A DNA stretch of 64,000 bases, from positions 17,918,001-17,982,000 of the forward strand of contig NC_043008.1 in the NCBI RefSeq assembly GCF_006345805.1, written 5' to 3'. Shown here piece by piece: positions 38,769 to 52,369 of this stretch. Both the position numbers and the translations under genes were made by a program. Source of the stretch: Octopus sinensis (Eukaryota). Position 1 is the first letter of the stretch; every line of letters begins with the position of its first letter. The notes under the pieces were generated by a model. That model ran no database searches. It was not told where the DNA came from and saw nothing but the letters and a program-made list of their open reading frames with translations.

Positions 38769-39914
38769 AACCCCATGCTCTAGCAGCACTACTTGTGATA
38801 GCCACGGCGACTTCACTTACTCAATACCCACAAAAATATAATCCCATTTATTGGTTTATGTTATTGACTTTAGACGAAATTGAATTCCTCATTCACTATA
38901 ACCTGGTATACAAACATACAACACATATCATCGCCAGAGCTTACAAATGTAATGAACCATCTAATCATTCTAATTTCATAGCTGGTTGTATTGGGTGAGT
39001 AAACGATCGATACACTACACAAAATATTAGTTTTGATTTGAAAATGTTATATTTCACTAACAATCGTTTTTGCCAGTTTTTATTCAGTGCGTGATTTCAT
39101 CAATAATATTTCACTAACATTAATTAATATCTCACTATATATTTACGAATCTCATGATAACAAAAAAGAAAAAAAACATATATATATATATATATATATA
39201 TCTTCATGCATATCATTAATTTATATTTCCATAAACCCTGCTTCTGGATCAGCAATATGTAGAAATTTTCATTTCGACACTACACGGTTTTAATAAGTAA
39301 TAAATCGTACGAATATAGTCAATAATAAAATGAAAGTATTTATTGCAGTAACGAATGCAAGATGAAAAAAAAAAGAAAAATAACGAGAAAGAGAAACCGA
39401 TATAATATCTGAAATATGGCGTAGTAATTAAATGTTGATTTACTGTAAGGCAAGGAAAATGTATCATGCAATTTTCTAGATTAACATTGACACACACAAT
39501 GAATCGGTGCAAATTTATGTAGGCGTTCAATATACGGTATATTCAGTAAACAAATATTGTTTATGCTTTTAGCCTGCGGAACGCTAGAGACCTGTGATTT
39601 TTACCTACGTACACACACGCACACACACATACACACACACACATACATACACACACACACGCATGCGTTTACCTACATGTTTTTATATTACTATAACAAA
39701 AAAATTTGTCTATGTATCAATATATGAGTGTGCATGTATATGAATACATAGATGCCTGCATACTTCTGTATGCATGTATGTATATATGTATATATGTACG
39801 CACCTGTATATATGTATATGCACGTGTATATATGTATATGCACATAAATATAAAAATGCATACATGCATATATATATATATATAAGTGAATATGTAATAT
39901 ATACATACATGAAC

Positions 39915-39946
<32 letters not shown>

Positions 39947-40089
39947 GCATATAAGTATATCAGTTTGCCGAACGGTATATGATAAGTGTGAAAATCTAAT
40001 GGATGCAGCAGTATTTACTTATTCATGGGACCATATGATGCGTCTAATGCATACACATACCTATAAGCAATATGCACATATATATATAA

Positions 40090-40153
<64 letters not shown>

Positions 40154-40279
40154 GTACAAATCTATATATATAAATTAATGCGTATGGGTGTGCGATTGAG
40201 TTTGTGTGTGTGTGTGTGTGTGTGTGTTTGAACCTGTGTAATTATAAGTATGTGTGTACATAAATTGCCAGTGTTAGTC

Positions 40280-40640
40280 TGAGGACAGCGATTTATCTAC
40301 GTGAAAACTTATTGGTTACTGTGGCACTTACCTATTCCAGGGAGAACGTCACACATCTACGAAACTTCCGATTAAGCTATATACGCTTATGCATGAAGGC
40401 ATACCACGACGCACCAATTACATGAAGAGAACAAACGAACACATCTATAAGCCTTTTCATGAAAAATAATCTAATGCAGTAAGCATTCAGAGTGAGAAAA
40501 AATTCCTACACATGTCGTTACAAAGAAAATCTATAGTGCTTAATTGGAAGATTCCGTTATCTGTGTCAACATTGAAACCATTAAAAGCGATCCTAAGCTT
40601 TAAAAATCAATCACTATAAAAACTGGTTAGCTCAAACCGC
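40280..40640 (+). pseudogene. Possible LRR coding relic (may resume at 42060-42960 after the mariner)
   Basis: ENVTHLRNFRLSYIRL and LFMKNNLM; downstream TTLIQDLHLQGK. Short motifs only. Confidence 0.3.
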
Positions 40641-40852
40641 ATATACGTGGCTGCGTTTAAATTATAGTATTACCTGATTGTGCACTGCTATACTTTCAAC
40701 TATAATTTGCTTTCATCCTTCAAGATATATACAATTATACCAGCCCGGTATTGGGGTCAATATAACCCGACAGTTCGATAATAGGCGCACACTTTACTTG
40801 CGCCTGTATATGAGCGTGAATACAAGCATGTGTAAAAGAATGTCTGTATATA

Positions 40853-42058
40853 CGCGGTCTGATCAATAAGTATCCGGACTTTTGCCGTAGTAACGAAGTT
40901 AAAGCATGCAGAGTGAAGGTTGTTTGTTCCTTCTCGAGCCATGCCTGGCTCATAAGGGCCGGTTTCCTTGGCGTATAGGTTCCCCACCTGGACCGGATGC
41001 CGGTCCGTCGCAGGTGAGCTGCAAGATGCAGGAGGAAAGAGTGAGAGAAAGTTGTGGTGAGATAGTTAGCACACGTTTGCCATTATCTTCTGCCGGAGCT
41101 GCATGGAGCTTATGTGTTTCACTCATAAACACACATCGCCCGGTCTGAGATTTGAACCCGCGATCCCTCGACTGCGTGTCCGCTGCTCTAACCACTAGGC
41201 CATGTGCCTCCACAAGCGTGAAGATGGTTTGCACAGATGGTTTGCACAGAGTGACTCTGAACTCTGATGTGCATGCGCACTAAGTTTAAATGTTCTGTCT
41301 CACTTCTGCTGTTTACAGCAGTGCTTGGATGGTTGGATGGAAGGTGTGTAGCGTGTGATGACAGGGAAAGTTGAACAGAGAATCTGCATCAAATTTTGCC
41401 AAAAGCTTGGCTATACCTGCTCAGAGGCCTACGCAATGTTAGTAAAAAGTTTTCATCGTTCTAGACACAATCAAGGAAATCTTCTGGAACTGAAACCCGT
41501 GTGTTCTTTCGGTTAGCTGAAAGTAGTTTTTGCACAAATTTGGCAGACACGCGTCTCATACCCAAGCGTTCAGTGATAATGGACTGGATCGTAACTAACC
41601 CACATGCACCTCCTTCGATAACTAACGGACGGATAGTAATTCAACGGTTTCTCCTTACAGCTGCACGCACATCTGCGATGTTATCCTCAGTTCTGCTGGT
41701 TGCGGGTCTCCCAGAAAGTTCGTCAATATCGACATTTTGGGGCTGTCTTGAAAACATCTGAACCACTCGTACACTTGCGTGCAGCTCATACACTCCTCTC
41801 CATGCACGTTATGCAAATTTGCATAGGCCTCTCAGCAGGTATCACCATGACAACTTTCTGTCATAGTCAATGCGACGATCACACGCTACACAGGTTCCTT
41901 CCAAGCACTGCTGTAAACAGCGGAAGTGATCTAGAAAGCTAAAACTTGGTGTACCTGCACAACAAAGTTCATGGTAAATCTGTACCTAGCAGCTTCACTC
42001 TACGTTCTTTAGGCTCGTTAGAATGGCAACAGTCCAGATACTTATTGATCAGACCGCG
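40853..42058 (-). mobile_element. Non-autonomous mariner with intact TIRs, TA TSD and two inverted 5' ends
   Basis: TA-cgcggtctgatcaataagtatccggact ... agtccagatacttattgatcagaccgcg-TA. Minus strand reads QVYEWFRCF..DELSGRPATSRTEDNI..LGMRRVSAKFVQKLL; plus strand reads KVEQRICIKFCQKLG. Confidence 0.92.
40921..41217 (-). mobile_element. SINE family D nested in the mariner
   Basis: Same family as 38452-38728; gtgaag lies on both flanks. Confidence 0.85.
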
Positions 42059-43147
42059 TATATGTATATGTGAGTATGTATCTTGTGCCTGTAGGATCAT
42101 TATGACTCATGACATTATTTTAAGGCATATTATAAAACCAATCATTTATACAGAATTTACCATGCAAATTGTCATTGGGCCTAGCGCTTGTAAACTAACA
42201 TGTGTACAAACAGAAACCATGTTATGTATCAAGTAATTTTTAGTGTCCGAGTACAAGTGTCAGGAGGTCACAAGACAGATTCTTTAGACCACATACAACA
42301 GAAGCTAATAAATAGATTTAACAGGAATAATAACGATGAAACAAGAACCCCAACAGGTCAATGAAGCGTTTGTTGTCTTTCGTGATTATTTTGCAAATTC
42401 AAGTGACGATCACACCTGTATCAGGGTGTTTCCAAGTACAAACTGTGGCATGATTCCGAATCTATAACATAATTCTGAAGCAGTGATTATCCCAGAAATC
42501 TACATACTAATGCAATAGAATGCACTTTTCATATTTTCCTAGATCACCTTTTGTTTTGTATTTTACATTATATAAATTTGCAAAACTTCGTCACACGGAT
42601 TTTTTTATATATGTAAATGCTCCCGGGAATTTGACACTTAAGCCATTGTTTATATATTATCATGATACTGGACGGAAGATTTTTTTCACATGTTGTAGGA
42701 TTATTGGAAATATAAGTGAAAATCTTCATTGACCCGGGATTTATTAAACTGAACATTTGAACAATTCTGGCCTCTTAAGAAACATTACTAGGAGAAAAAT
42801 ATTTCCAAGTGCGATAAACTTTAGCATTAAGAAAACTTTCCTGTTCATACTTCAAATATTATTCATACTAAAAGTACATACGTCTTCAAATTGTTTTCCT
42901 TTGAGCAAAACAACTCTAATACAAGATTTACATCTTCAAGGCAAGTTATCTTAGGAAAACTTTAAGTCAGCTGGTTCCTACGAAAAATGATAAATCGTAA
43001 TTAGTGAAAAATAATTGGTAAAGTCAAAAAACATTAGTATGCTAGGAAAGATATTAACTTTCTCTCTGGAATTAGGGCGGAATTGAGTTAAAATACAATT
43101 CAGAAAGATCATCGGATAGTATCGTTTTTCATCAGCACTACTCTTGA

Positions 43148-43455
43148 AGGCGCATGGCTCAGTGGTTACAGCGTCGAGCTTACGATCGTGAGGTTGTGAG
43201 TTCGAATCCCAGACCGGGCTGCGTGTTGTGTTATTGATCAAGACAGTTTATTTCACGTTGCTCCAGTTCACTTATTTATAGAAATGAGTTGCGACGTCAC
43301 AGGTGCCAAGCTATATCTGCTGTTGCCTTTCCTTTGGATAACACTCGTGGAGAAGAGAGGCCGGTATGCATGGGCGACTGCTTGTCTTCCATAAACAACC
43401 TTGCCCTGACTTGTGCCTGGGAGGGTAACTTTCTAAGTGTAATCCCACGGTCAGT
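43148..43455 (+). mobile_element. SINE family E
   Basis: ggcgcatggctcagtggttacagcgtcgagcttacgatcgtgagg, matching 20755-21090. Confidence 0.85.
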
Positions 43456-44511
43456 CAAAATATTCGACAAACACAAGATATGAATATGTTATAGCGGTGT
43501 AATTCGGTAATAATTGAGTGTAGACAGCGTAACCTTCACCTATAATAATCTTAAGGAGTTAACAGAACTGCAAACATATGAGAACCAGCCACAAGCAGTT
43601 TTAACAGTTTTAACGGGGAATAAGTTTTGAATGAAGTTAAATGATTTCAAACAATGGACTTGTACTTTTATAGGGAAGAATTAAAGCTTCCAGAGAAACA
43701 CAAAACTATCAACACTTGATGCATTTTTATTAATATAAAAACACAGCAGAAATATTAGTGCCATATTTCTGTTGTGTGCACAAAAGGCGTATATTTTTTT
43801 TAAAATCAATTATATATTATATTGCTCAAAGGAATTTTTTCATATAATATTCATATAATAAGGAACAATGTAAACCTCCAAGTGTATTTTTAATTAAGTG
43901 TATATATCTTTCAATAATAGACAGAAAATCTCTATAAAGAAAATAAACTTAACCTTCTTACGATAAAAATATGTTTTCGTTAGCGTAACAAAAAATCTCC
44001 AACAATAAATTTCAATAATCGACTTATTAATATATATGTTTGTATACGTGTTTGTACGAATGTGCGTACATGTGCCGTGTGTCGTGTATGAATACGTGCG
44101 TATACTCACCAACGCAAAAACATAAACGTATGTAAAATTATATGTTAATGTTGATGTATTTGATAGAGTATATGAACTTAATGTAATCTCACTGATGAAA
44201 GTTTTTTATCGGAGAGACGTGCTCGGAATTCACATCAATCAATGATTTACGCAATGGAAAAGCATTCCAATAATTAAGCTTACATGATTTTATCTCTAAA
44301 ATATGTATCCTTTTTCTCGAGCAAAATGTCAAGCTAGCAGTCTCAATTGCACAGCGTTCCCACATTAATATTATATTCATTTCCAACGTTACTGGCAATG
44401 GATGGAAGTGCAGTGGAATGTACTATATGCATAACAACAGGCTTTGCATTTCCCTTATTTAAGCTCAAGTCTCACTGTCAAAAAGTTACCAGCAATATAT
44501 AACTCCTTAGA

Positions 44512-45080
44512 GGCGCTGAGCTGGTAGAAACGTTAGCACGACGGGCGAAATGATTAGCGGTACTTCGTCTGCCACTACGTTCTGAGTTCAAATTCCACCC
44601 AGGTCGACTTTGCCTTTCATCCTTTCGAGGTTGATAAATTAAGTACCAGTTACGCACTGGGGTCGATATAATCGATTTAATGTGTCTGTCTGTCTTCGTT
44701 TGTCCTCTCTGTGTTTAGCCCCTTGTGGGTAGTAAAGGAATAGGTATTTCGCCTGTCTTTACGTTCTGAGTTCAAATTCCGCCGAGGTCGACCTTGCCTT
44801 TCATCCTTTCGGGGTCGATTAAATAAGTACCAGTTACGCACTGGGGTTGATATAATCGACTTAATCCGTTTGTCTGTCCTTGTTTGTGCTCTGTGTGTTT
44901 AGCCCCTTGTGGGTCGTAAAGAAATAGGTATTTACGTTCTGAATTCAAATTCCGCCGAGGTCAACGTTGCTTTTCATCCTTTCAGGGTCGATAAATCAGG
45001 TACCAGTTGCGTACTGGCGTCGATCTAATTGATTGGCCCTCTTCCCCAAAATTTCGGGCCTTGTGCCTAGAGTAGAAACG
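44512..45080 (+). mobile_element. SINE family A, three tandem internal units
   Basis: One head, then gttctga(g/a)ttcaaattcc at ~44579, ~44764 and ~44936 (spacing ~185 and ~170 bp), then a distinct 3' tail. Confidence 0.9.
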
Positions 45081-45289
45081 AATACATTACAACTTCTGTT
45101 TGACTGCAGGTCAACCATTATCGAGCAGATTTATGTTCAGAAGGATACCATCCTTGATAACCCGATCCCTTTTCTAGCATTTTGTTAGACATAAATCCAA
45201 TTTACATGATATCAGGGTATAATTTTATGAAGGATATGCATTGTTGTTTAGTTGTCCTAACTTGTGTTGCTGTTACTGCTGTCGTTTGG

Positions 45290-45500
45290 TCAATGGTCAG
45301 TCTGATATCAGGATTTTCAGCTGTGTGCCATGAAACGCGAGCTTTTCTTTTCGCTGTGCTTCCTCGGGATCATGACATACAGGAATTTTGCAATCAAAAA
45401 TTGATTCTGCCGGGAACAAAGATTTACTGTGACCTGTGGAGAGCATACCCGCTTACTCCAAAGACACCAGGTTACATATTTCGGTACAGATACAGACAAT
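45290..45500 (+). mobile_element. Merlin (IS1016/ISXO2-like) DDE transposase fragment
   Basis: SAVCHETRAFLFAV..KLILPGTKIYCDLWRAY resembles the Merlin GGxxRxT..F..V..ILPGTxIxSDxWxAY segment. Confidence 0.7.
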
Positions 45501-46524
45501 CGCGATTTCCAGTATGTCGGCAATAGAAAATTACGACTGGTTAAAATTATATAATTAAGCTCGTAACATTTTTATTGTAAGTCTCCAGAAAATTAGGAAT
45601 GTAATGTTCATCATCTGTATACAAACTATATCAGTGTAGAATTTTTGAACAAAAACAATCTCGTGAAAATTTGAAATAATTTAAGTGGTTGGAAAATTTT
45701 TTTAAAAAATCCAGTTCAGGCAATTGCTTTGCAAATGGTTGCTAAATTAAATGGTAACATTTTAGCAATAGTTCAAGAGAAAAATATAATTTAGCAAAGT
45801 AAACAGCAAGAAAATGGGAAAGAAAAGGAAATTTGAAAATAAATAATGAAAATAGTTATGAATTTTCCCTCAATTATACATCGCGCTAGGGCATCCCTTC
45901 AGAAGCTTTTGTAATACACCGCCACACACGTTTCAAACACATGCACACATACACACACATGATATTACTATGAGTAACTACGTAGCTTAAGTCCGGCGTG
46001 TCTTGCACCCTTCCAAGCATCTTCCGAGAAGTCAGCGAGGTGGTGCTGATGAAGTCGAAACAGCCTTGTTTATGCCAACAACTTCTCAAAAGCCATAAGT
46101 TTAAGAATGTAATTTACCGGGAGAAGACAGCGACACTGCGCAATTATCTACGATACACTAACCGCAATATCTAAGCAAAATATCAGTGAGCCTCTGTGAA
46201 GTGTGGCTGACACGAGGAATAGATGCTGAGAGAGGGGGGGGGGAATGATAGATAGAAAAATAGACACACAGATCGAGACCGAGACAGAGAGATAGACAAA
46301 TGAACAGAGAGATACAGACAGAGAAAGACAGAGTTGATATGAAGGAAGATTGTTGTGCCTGGATGGGAGTATTTTAATATAGAGGTAGAAGAGTAGATAT
46401 AGTGAAACGAGAGACCTTACGATGAGGGAGGAACGATGTACTTAGTAGCCCTCCAATACTTCAGCCACAGACACCTATCATCAGAAGTTGTTTACATTTG
46501 ATGGTAGATCTTTGTTTCCTTCAA

Positions 46525-48235
46525 GAAACTCCTGTTTATTCAGGTATCGGTCATGCTGGATATGCTACGGATAATGACGTAGCGGCGTCCGTGAAAGTGG
46601 ATGTGACAAAAATGAGTGATCTGCGATCATATGACCGTTCCCAAATGGTTCCGAAAGTGATTAGTGAGGACGTATTAGGGACATTGGTGTATAAGATAGC
46701 GGTTGGTTGGTAAAAGTTGTGGTGGAAATAACAACCTATACTGAAGATAGTGACGGTTGTAGCAGACGTAGTTATAGACGGTGACAACAGCCATGGAACA
46801 CGCAATAACAACCATGATAGCGGTGTTAGCAGTTATAGCAGCAATGAATTCGAATACGACAAGTTAGGCCATCAGCCGAACTCTGATCGATTATTGATCT
46901 TCGGGATCGAGTCGGTGTATGATTAAAGATACTTTGATCCGAAGATTTCAAACATTTTGTCTCAGTATGGAATCGTCTATGTCGTTGAAGGTCTGGCGCA
47001 TTTTAGGATGCTTTTAGGAAGAAAAATGTGTGTGTATGTGCGTGCGTGCTTGTGTTTGTGTGTGCATGTGTGTGTATGTGTATGTGTGTGTGTGTGCATG
47101 TGTCTGTGTGTGCGTGTGTGCGTGTATTGTGAGGTGTTCCTTCAGTGAGATATGTAACGGCTTGCATCCGACGTTGTAAACGCTGCATTTAAAACATTGT
47201 AGCTGGTAGTAGTGACACTGATAGACGGTTCACTCGAATCACGCATTTACTAAATATCCCCGGCATCCGAAACTATAAACGGTGACAAGATACATAAATG
47301 AAGTAGGAATAGTTCATCTAACATCTGTTTCTTGACGATATCTCATTTCAAGGAGAATACTACTGCTGCAATCCGTATGGCATTCCAAAAGGTATGCCTC
47401 ATGACGTTAACTAGCTCTGGTGTTCCAATTTCAGCGATTACTACACCTGAAGAACAATCCATCTACTACACATCCATCTGAAGGAACACTTGTCGATATA
47501 AGAGTTTTCTTTCTGCAAACACATTCTGAAGTGCGGAAACACCACACCAACGACATAGAAGCTGCCCTACTGGCCACAGAAAGATATGTTGATTATTCAC
47601 CGACTTACTCCAAAAATCAAGAATTGATACGAGCATAATCCTATGGGTAATATAAGCTCTTCACCCTCGTGGAATTTATGGCGACTACGATTAATTGCCC
47701 CCCACTAGAACTACTGCTATCGCCGGTCCCATTAACTTTGTCACCGTCTGCTACTACGTCTGCCACCACTGCCACTAGCGTGAACACAAGCAGTTACCTA
47801 TTTCTTTACTGCCCACAAGGGGCTAAACACAGAGAGGACAAACAAGGACAGACAAACGGATTAAGTCGATTATATCGACCCCAGTACGTAACTGGTACTT
47901 AATTTATCTACCCCGAAAGGATGAAAGGCGAAGTCGACCTCAGCAGAATTTGAACTCAGAACGTAACGGCAGACGAAATACGGCTACGCATTTCGCCCGG
48001 CGTGCTAACGGTTCTGCCAGCTCAAGCAGTTACCGCCAGCAAGACTACAAACAACAAACAGTTACCTACATACCACTGCCAGCAGTATAACTCTGCGAAC
48101 ATGTCAGAACCGTCTTGGAACATTTGGTGTTACTATGATTGCTGATAACACTTTGAAGACACTACTTCATTCACTGGCACCGAGGTATCGCTGCCCGCAA
48201 CATATCCAACATGGCCGATACCCGAATAAACTGAC
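46525..48235. pseudogene. Diverged inverted paralog pair of Ser/Thr-rich coding-like relics
   Basis: 46525-47180 (-) aligns with 47440-48235 (+) at ctgaaggaacac, caacgacataga, ttgtcaccgtct..actacgtctgc and tatcca.catg.ccgatacc.gaataaac; both contain stops. Confidence 0.5.
47799..48023 (-). mobile_element. SINE family A with 11-bp TSD
   Basis: aagcagttacc at 47788-47798 and 48024-48034. Confidence 0.92.
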
Positions 48236-48500
48236 GTTAATTCGCAGATTATTTCTGATGATGGGGTTTTGCACCTGAAATGTATATAAAATTCATTAAA
48301 TGTATCCATTTTCAAAATTCTAAGATCTTCGTGTCAATATTTTTGATAACATATATATATATATATATTATTTTACTCAGCCCTTAATTATATAAAGTAA
48401 TATTTTGAATACGCCTTGAATGGTCCTTTTACATACTGAACACTACTTGGTGAAATTAATTAATAACTAATTGATTTTACCCTTAATTATTGTAAAAATT

Positions 48501-48567
<67 letters not shown>

Positions 48568-48573
48568 ATATAT

Positions 48574-48605
<32 letters not shown>

Positions 48606-48682
48606 ATATATATTATATATATACATATATATATATTATTATATATATAATATATATATATATATATACATTATATGTATAT

Positions 48683-48713
<31 letters not shown>

Positions 48714-48994
48714 CATATATAGATAGATAGATAGATAGATATTTAGACTCACATACACACACAACACATAAGCGCACACTCATTTCTTGAGAGAGAGAGA
48801 TTGTGTTTAGAGGGAAAGAAGAAAAGAAGTGACCAACGAGAGAAAGACCAGCGACGTAGCAGTTTGAGAACGGAATGTATTATTCCTTCGTATCAATGTC
48901 ATGTTTAATGAACATTTATAGTTCGAGATTTCATTTATTATTTATTTCCTTTTGCCTCTTACTCACTTATTCCTCCTCTATTCATCCTACACAT

Positions 48995-49013
48995 ATCCTC
49001 TGTAATAATGATG

Positions 49014-49052
<39 letters not shown>

Positions 49053-49229
49053 GTACTAATAATATTAATAATAATAATGATAATAATAATAATAATAATG
49101 ATAATAATGATAATAATAATGATAATAATAATAATAATAATAATATTAATAATAATGATGATAAAAATAATAATGATAATGATAATAATAATGATAATAA
49201 TGATATTAATAATAATAATGATAATAATA

Positions 49230-49278
<49 letters not shown>

Positions 49279-49282
49279 TAAT

Positions 49283-49313
<31 letters not shown>

Positions 49314-49412
49314 ATAATAATAATGATAATAATAATAATGATAATGATAATAATAATAATATAATATAATAATAATAATAATGATAATAATAATGATAAT
49401 AATAATAATAAT

Positions 49413-49490
<78 letters not shown>

Positions 49491-49516
49491 TAATAATAAT
49501 AATAATAGTAATAAAA

Positions 49517-49551
<35 letters not shown>

Positions 49552-49555
49552 AATA

Positions 49556-49617
<62 letters not shown>

Positions 49618-49720
49618 TAATAATAATAATAATGATAATAATAATAATAATAATAATAATGATAATAATAATAATAATAATGATAATAATGAGAGTAATG
49701 ATAATAATAATAATGAACAA
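48995..49720. repeat. ~720-bp (AAT)n array with GAT interruptions
   Basis: Visible array. Confidence 0.97.
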
Positions 49721-49879
49721 CTTGATCATTCACATCATTATCATTACCATCATACTATCAGCATCACTACAACTACTATCAGCACTCTATCATCATCATT
49801 GTCGACGTCGTCGTCGTTACCGTCGTCATCATACATGATCATCACAATTATCGCCATCTTCTTCATCATCACATTTATC

Positions 49880-50431
49880 ACTTTGTACGGCCACACCTTG
49901 AATACTGCTGCCCACTGTGGTCTCCTCACACAAGACAAAACATCTCCAGAATTGAGTCACCCCAGAGGGCTCTCACTAAACAAATTGAAGGTATGGCTGC
50001 TCTCGATTATTGGGATCGCCTTAAAGCCTTGAAACTTTACTCCCTCCAGCGTCGCCGTGAGCGGTACATCATTTGTACGATGTGGAAAATATACCGCCAA
50101 CTTTGCCAAACGACCTAAACATTAGCTTCAAGGTTCATCCGAGACTTGGACCACGGGCTATACGTCCCCTGCCAAATTCAAGATCACAACATACATGTAC
50201 ACTGCAACATAATTTCTTTTCCTCAACAGGCCCTGCCCTATTTAACATTGTCCCGAGGGAGATCAAAGAGGAAAAGGATCCCATCAACTTCAAACAGAGT
50301 CTGGATAGATTCCTTCAAAGAATACCAGATAAGCCACCCATAATTGGATACAACTCACCCAACAAGAACTCACTACTTGAACAAAACTGGATACAACTCA
50401 CCCAACAAGAACTCACTACTTGAACAAAACT
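49880..50431 (+). mobile_element. CR1/L2-group LINE 3' end, with a 43-bp terminal tandem duplication
   Basis: VRPHLEYCCPLWSP..KLYSLQRRRERYII..GPALFNIVP..FKQSLDRFLQRIPDKP; ggatacaactc..gaacaaaact occurs twice (50346-50431). Confidence 0.92.
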
Positions 50432-50529
50432 TGACTTAAACAGGATTCGAATAATCCTATCAGGTGGTGCTATTAAGTTAGACATGGCCTGGACCAATCT
50501 CTGGTCGAAACATATCTAAGTTTTCTAAG

Positions 50530-50889
50530 TTTTCATCCCTTTCGTCGTTCAACGTCATCATCATCTTCAGTATCATCATTCTCTCCAGCATCCTCACCAT
50601 CACTATTAGCATCTCCTCCATTACCATCATCCAGAACATCTTCCTCATCACCATCATCATCATCATTAATATCTACATACTCTCCCTCACATCATCATTA
50701 TTCTCAACATCATCGTCAACATCACGATCATTATTATAATCGTCATCGTAATTTCCATTCGTACATCTAACACCACCACCACCACCATCAACTCCTCCAC
50801 CATAATCATCATCATCGTCATCACCATCATTTTCATCATCACTTACATATGTTTCATCAAAATCCCTTACTTCTCCCTCTCATCAACAT

Positions 50890-50941
<52 letters not shown>

Positions 50942-50962
50942 TTCATCATCATCATCATCACC

Positions 50963-51014
<52 letters not shown>

Positions 51015-51091
51015 CCATCATTTTCATCACAATCCCTTACTTTTCCCTCTCATCACCACAATCATCATCATCATCTTCTTCGTCGTTGTCG

Positions 51092-51130
<39 letters not shown>

Positions 51131-51250
51131 CCATCATTTTCATCATCACACAAATATTTTTCATCACAATCCCTTACTTCTCCCTCTCATCATCATCACC
51201 CTCATCATCATCTTCGTCGTCGTTGTCGTCATCATCATCATCGTCATGTC
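50530..51250. repeat. (CAT)n-rich low-complexity tract
   Basis: Visible arrays with a recurring tttcatca..caatcccttactt motif. Confidence 0.9.
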
Positions 51251-51798
51251 TTCTCATAATAACGCTGAAAGTCCTTAACCTCAGCAACAGTTTACTGTAA
51301 CACACTTTCGTTTCAGTATCGTTTTCTTTAATCATTAGTTCAGAACGTTGTATCACCTAAAGCCAAATTCATATCATGTGACACAGACCTTTTTCAGACG
51401 ATTTCAGCTTAACACTGCACTGAAATGAATCCCCTTTACTTCTAACTACATCTCGATTCTGCTTACTCTATTGTCGTTTCTACCACATACTCATCAGTCC
51501 TTACAGATTAAGAATATGCTGTAACTCTGCCGAACATTAATTGTGGAAATTCAAGACATAGACACTTAATACGTGCTATGCATACAGTAATAAATCAGGC
51601 TAATAATATTCTGATAAAACAACAATGCCATTGCAAGCAACTGCTGTGCATATTCTTAAGTAGACAATTACGTCTTTAGAACAGCTTGACTCTGACAGCC
51701 ATTCAGAATCTTCAAATATTCGTCGGAGCAATATCTCCGTGTGTAAGCATGTTCGTATATGTAGATACACACACATACACGCACACACACATGCACAC

Positions 51799-51839
<41 letters not shown>

Positions 51840-51844
51840 TATAT

Positions 51845-51875
<31 letters not shown>

Positions 51876-52023
51876 TTAGATATATACAAATATATGTTTT
51901 ATGTATATATATTTATATATATATATATTTATATATACATACATATATATATATGAATATATATATATATATACATACATATATATATATACACACACAC
52001 ACACACCACACACATATATATAT

Positions 52024-52055
<32 letters not shown>

Positions 52056-52172
52056 AATACAAGTGCAAAGGTAATTATGTTTATGTATGTAAATATGTAT
52101 GTAGATATGCTTGAATGCAAGTATGTATGCATATATGCATGATATATGTTATATATATATACCTTTATACAC

Positions 52173-52244
<72 letters not shown>

Positions 52245-52331
52245 AAGGGTGAAAAGGAACACACGAGTTGATATATATGAAAAAACAAGTAAAAAATAGA
52301 AAATGCTAAAATAATTTTATAGTGAACATTT

Positions 52332-52369
52332 CAGTACCGGTTTCGGTCATTTTCAGACCTTTTCAACTG
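52332..52369 (-). ncRNA. Minimal hammerhead-like motif, U3-A8 core variant, in a short repeat next to (TA)n
   Basis: CAG-TTGAAAA-GGTC-tgaaaat-GACC-GAA-ACCGGT-A-CTG; GUA triplet. Confidence 0.65.

Noticed and set aside
46046-46065. Perfect CTGATGA..GAAA hammerhead core
   Set aside because: Only 4 nt lie between core halves (no stem II), with no stem I/III pairing or NUH.
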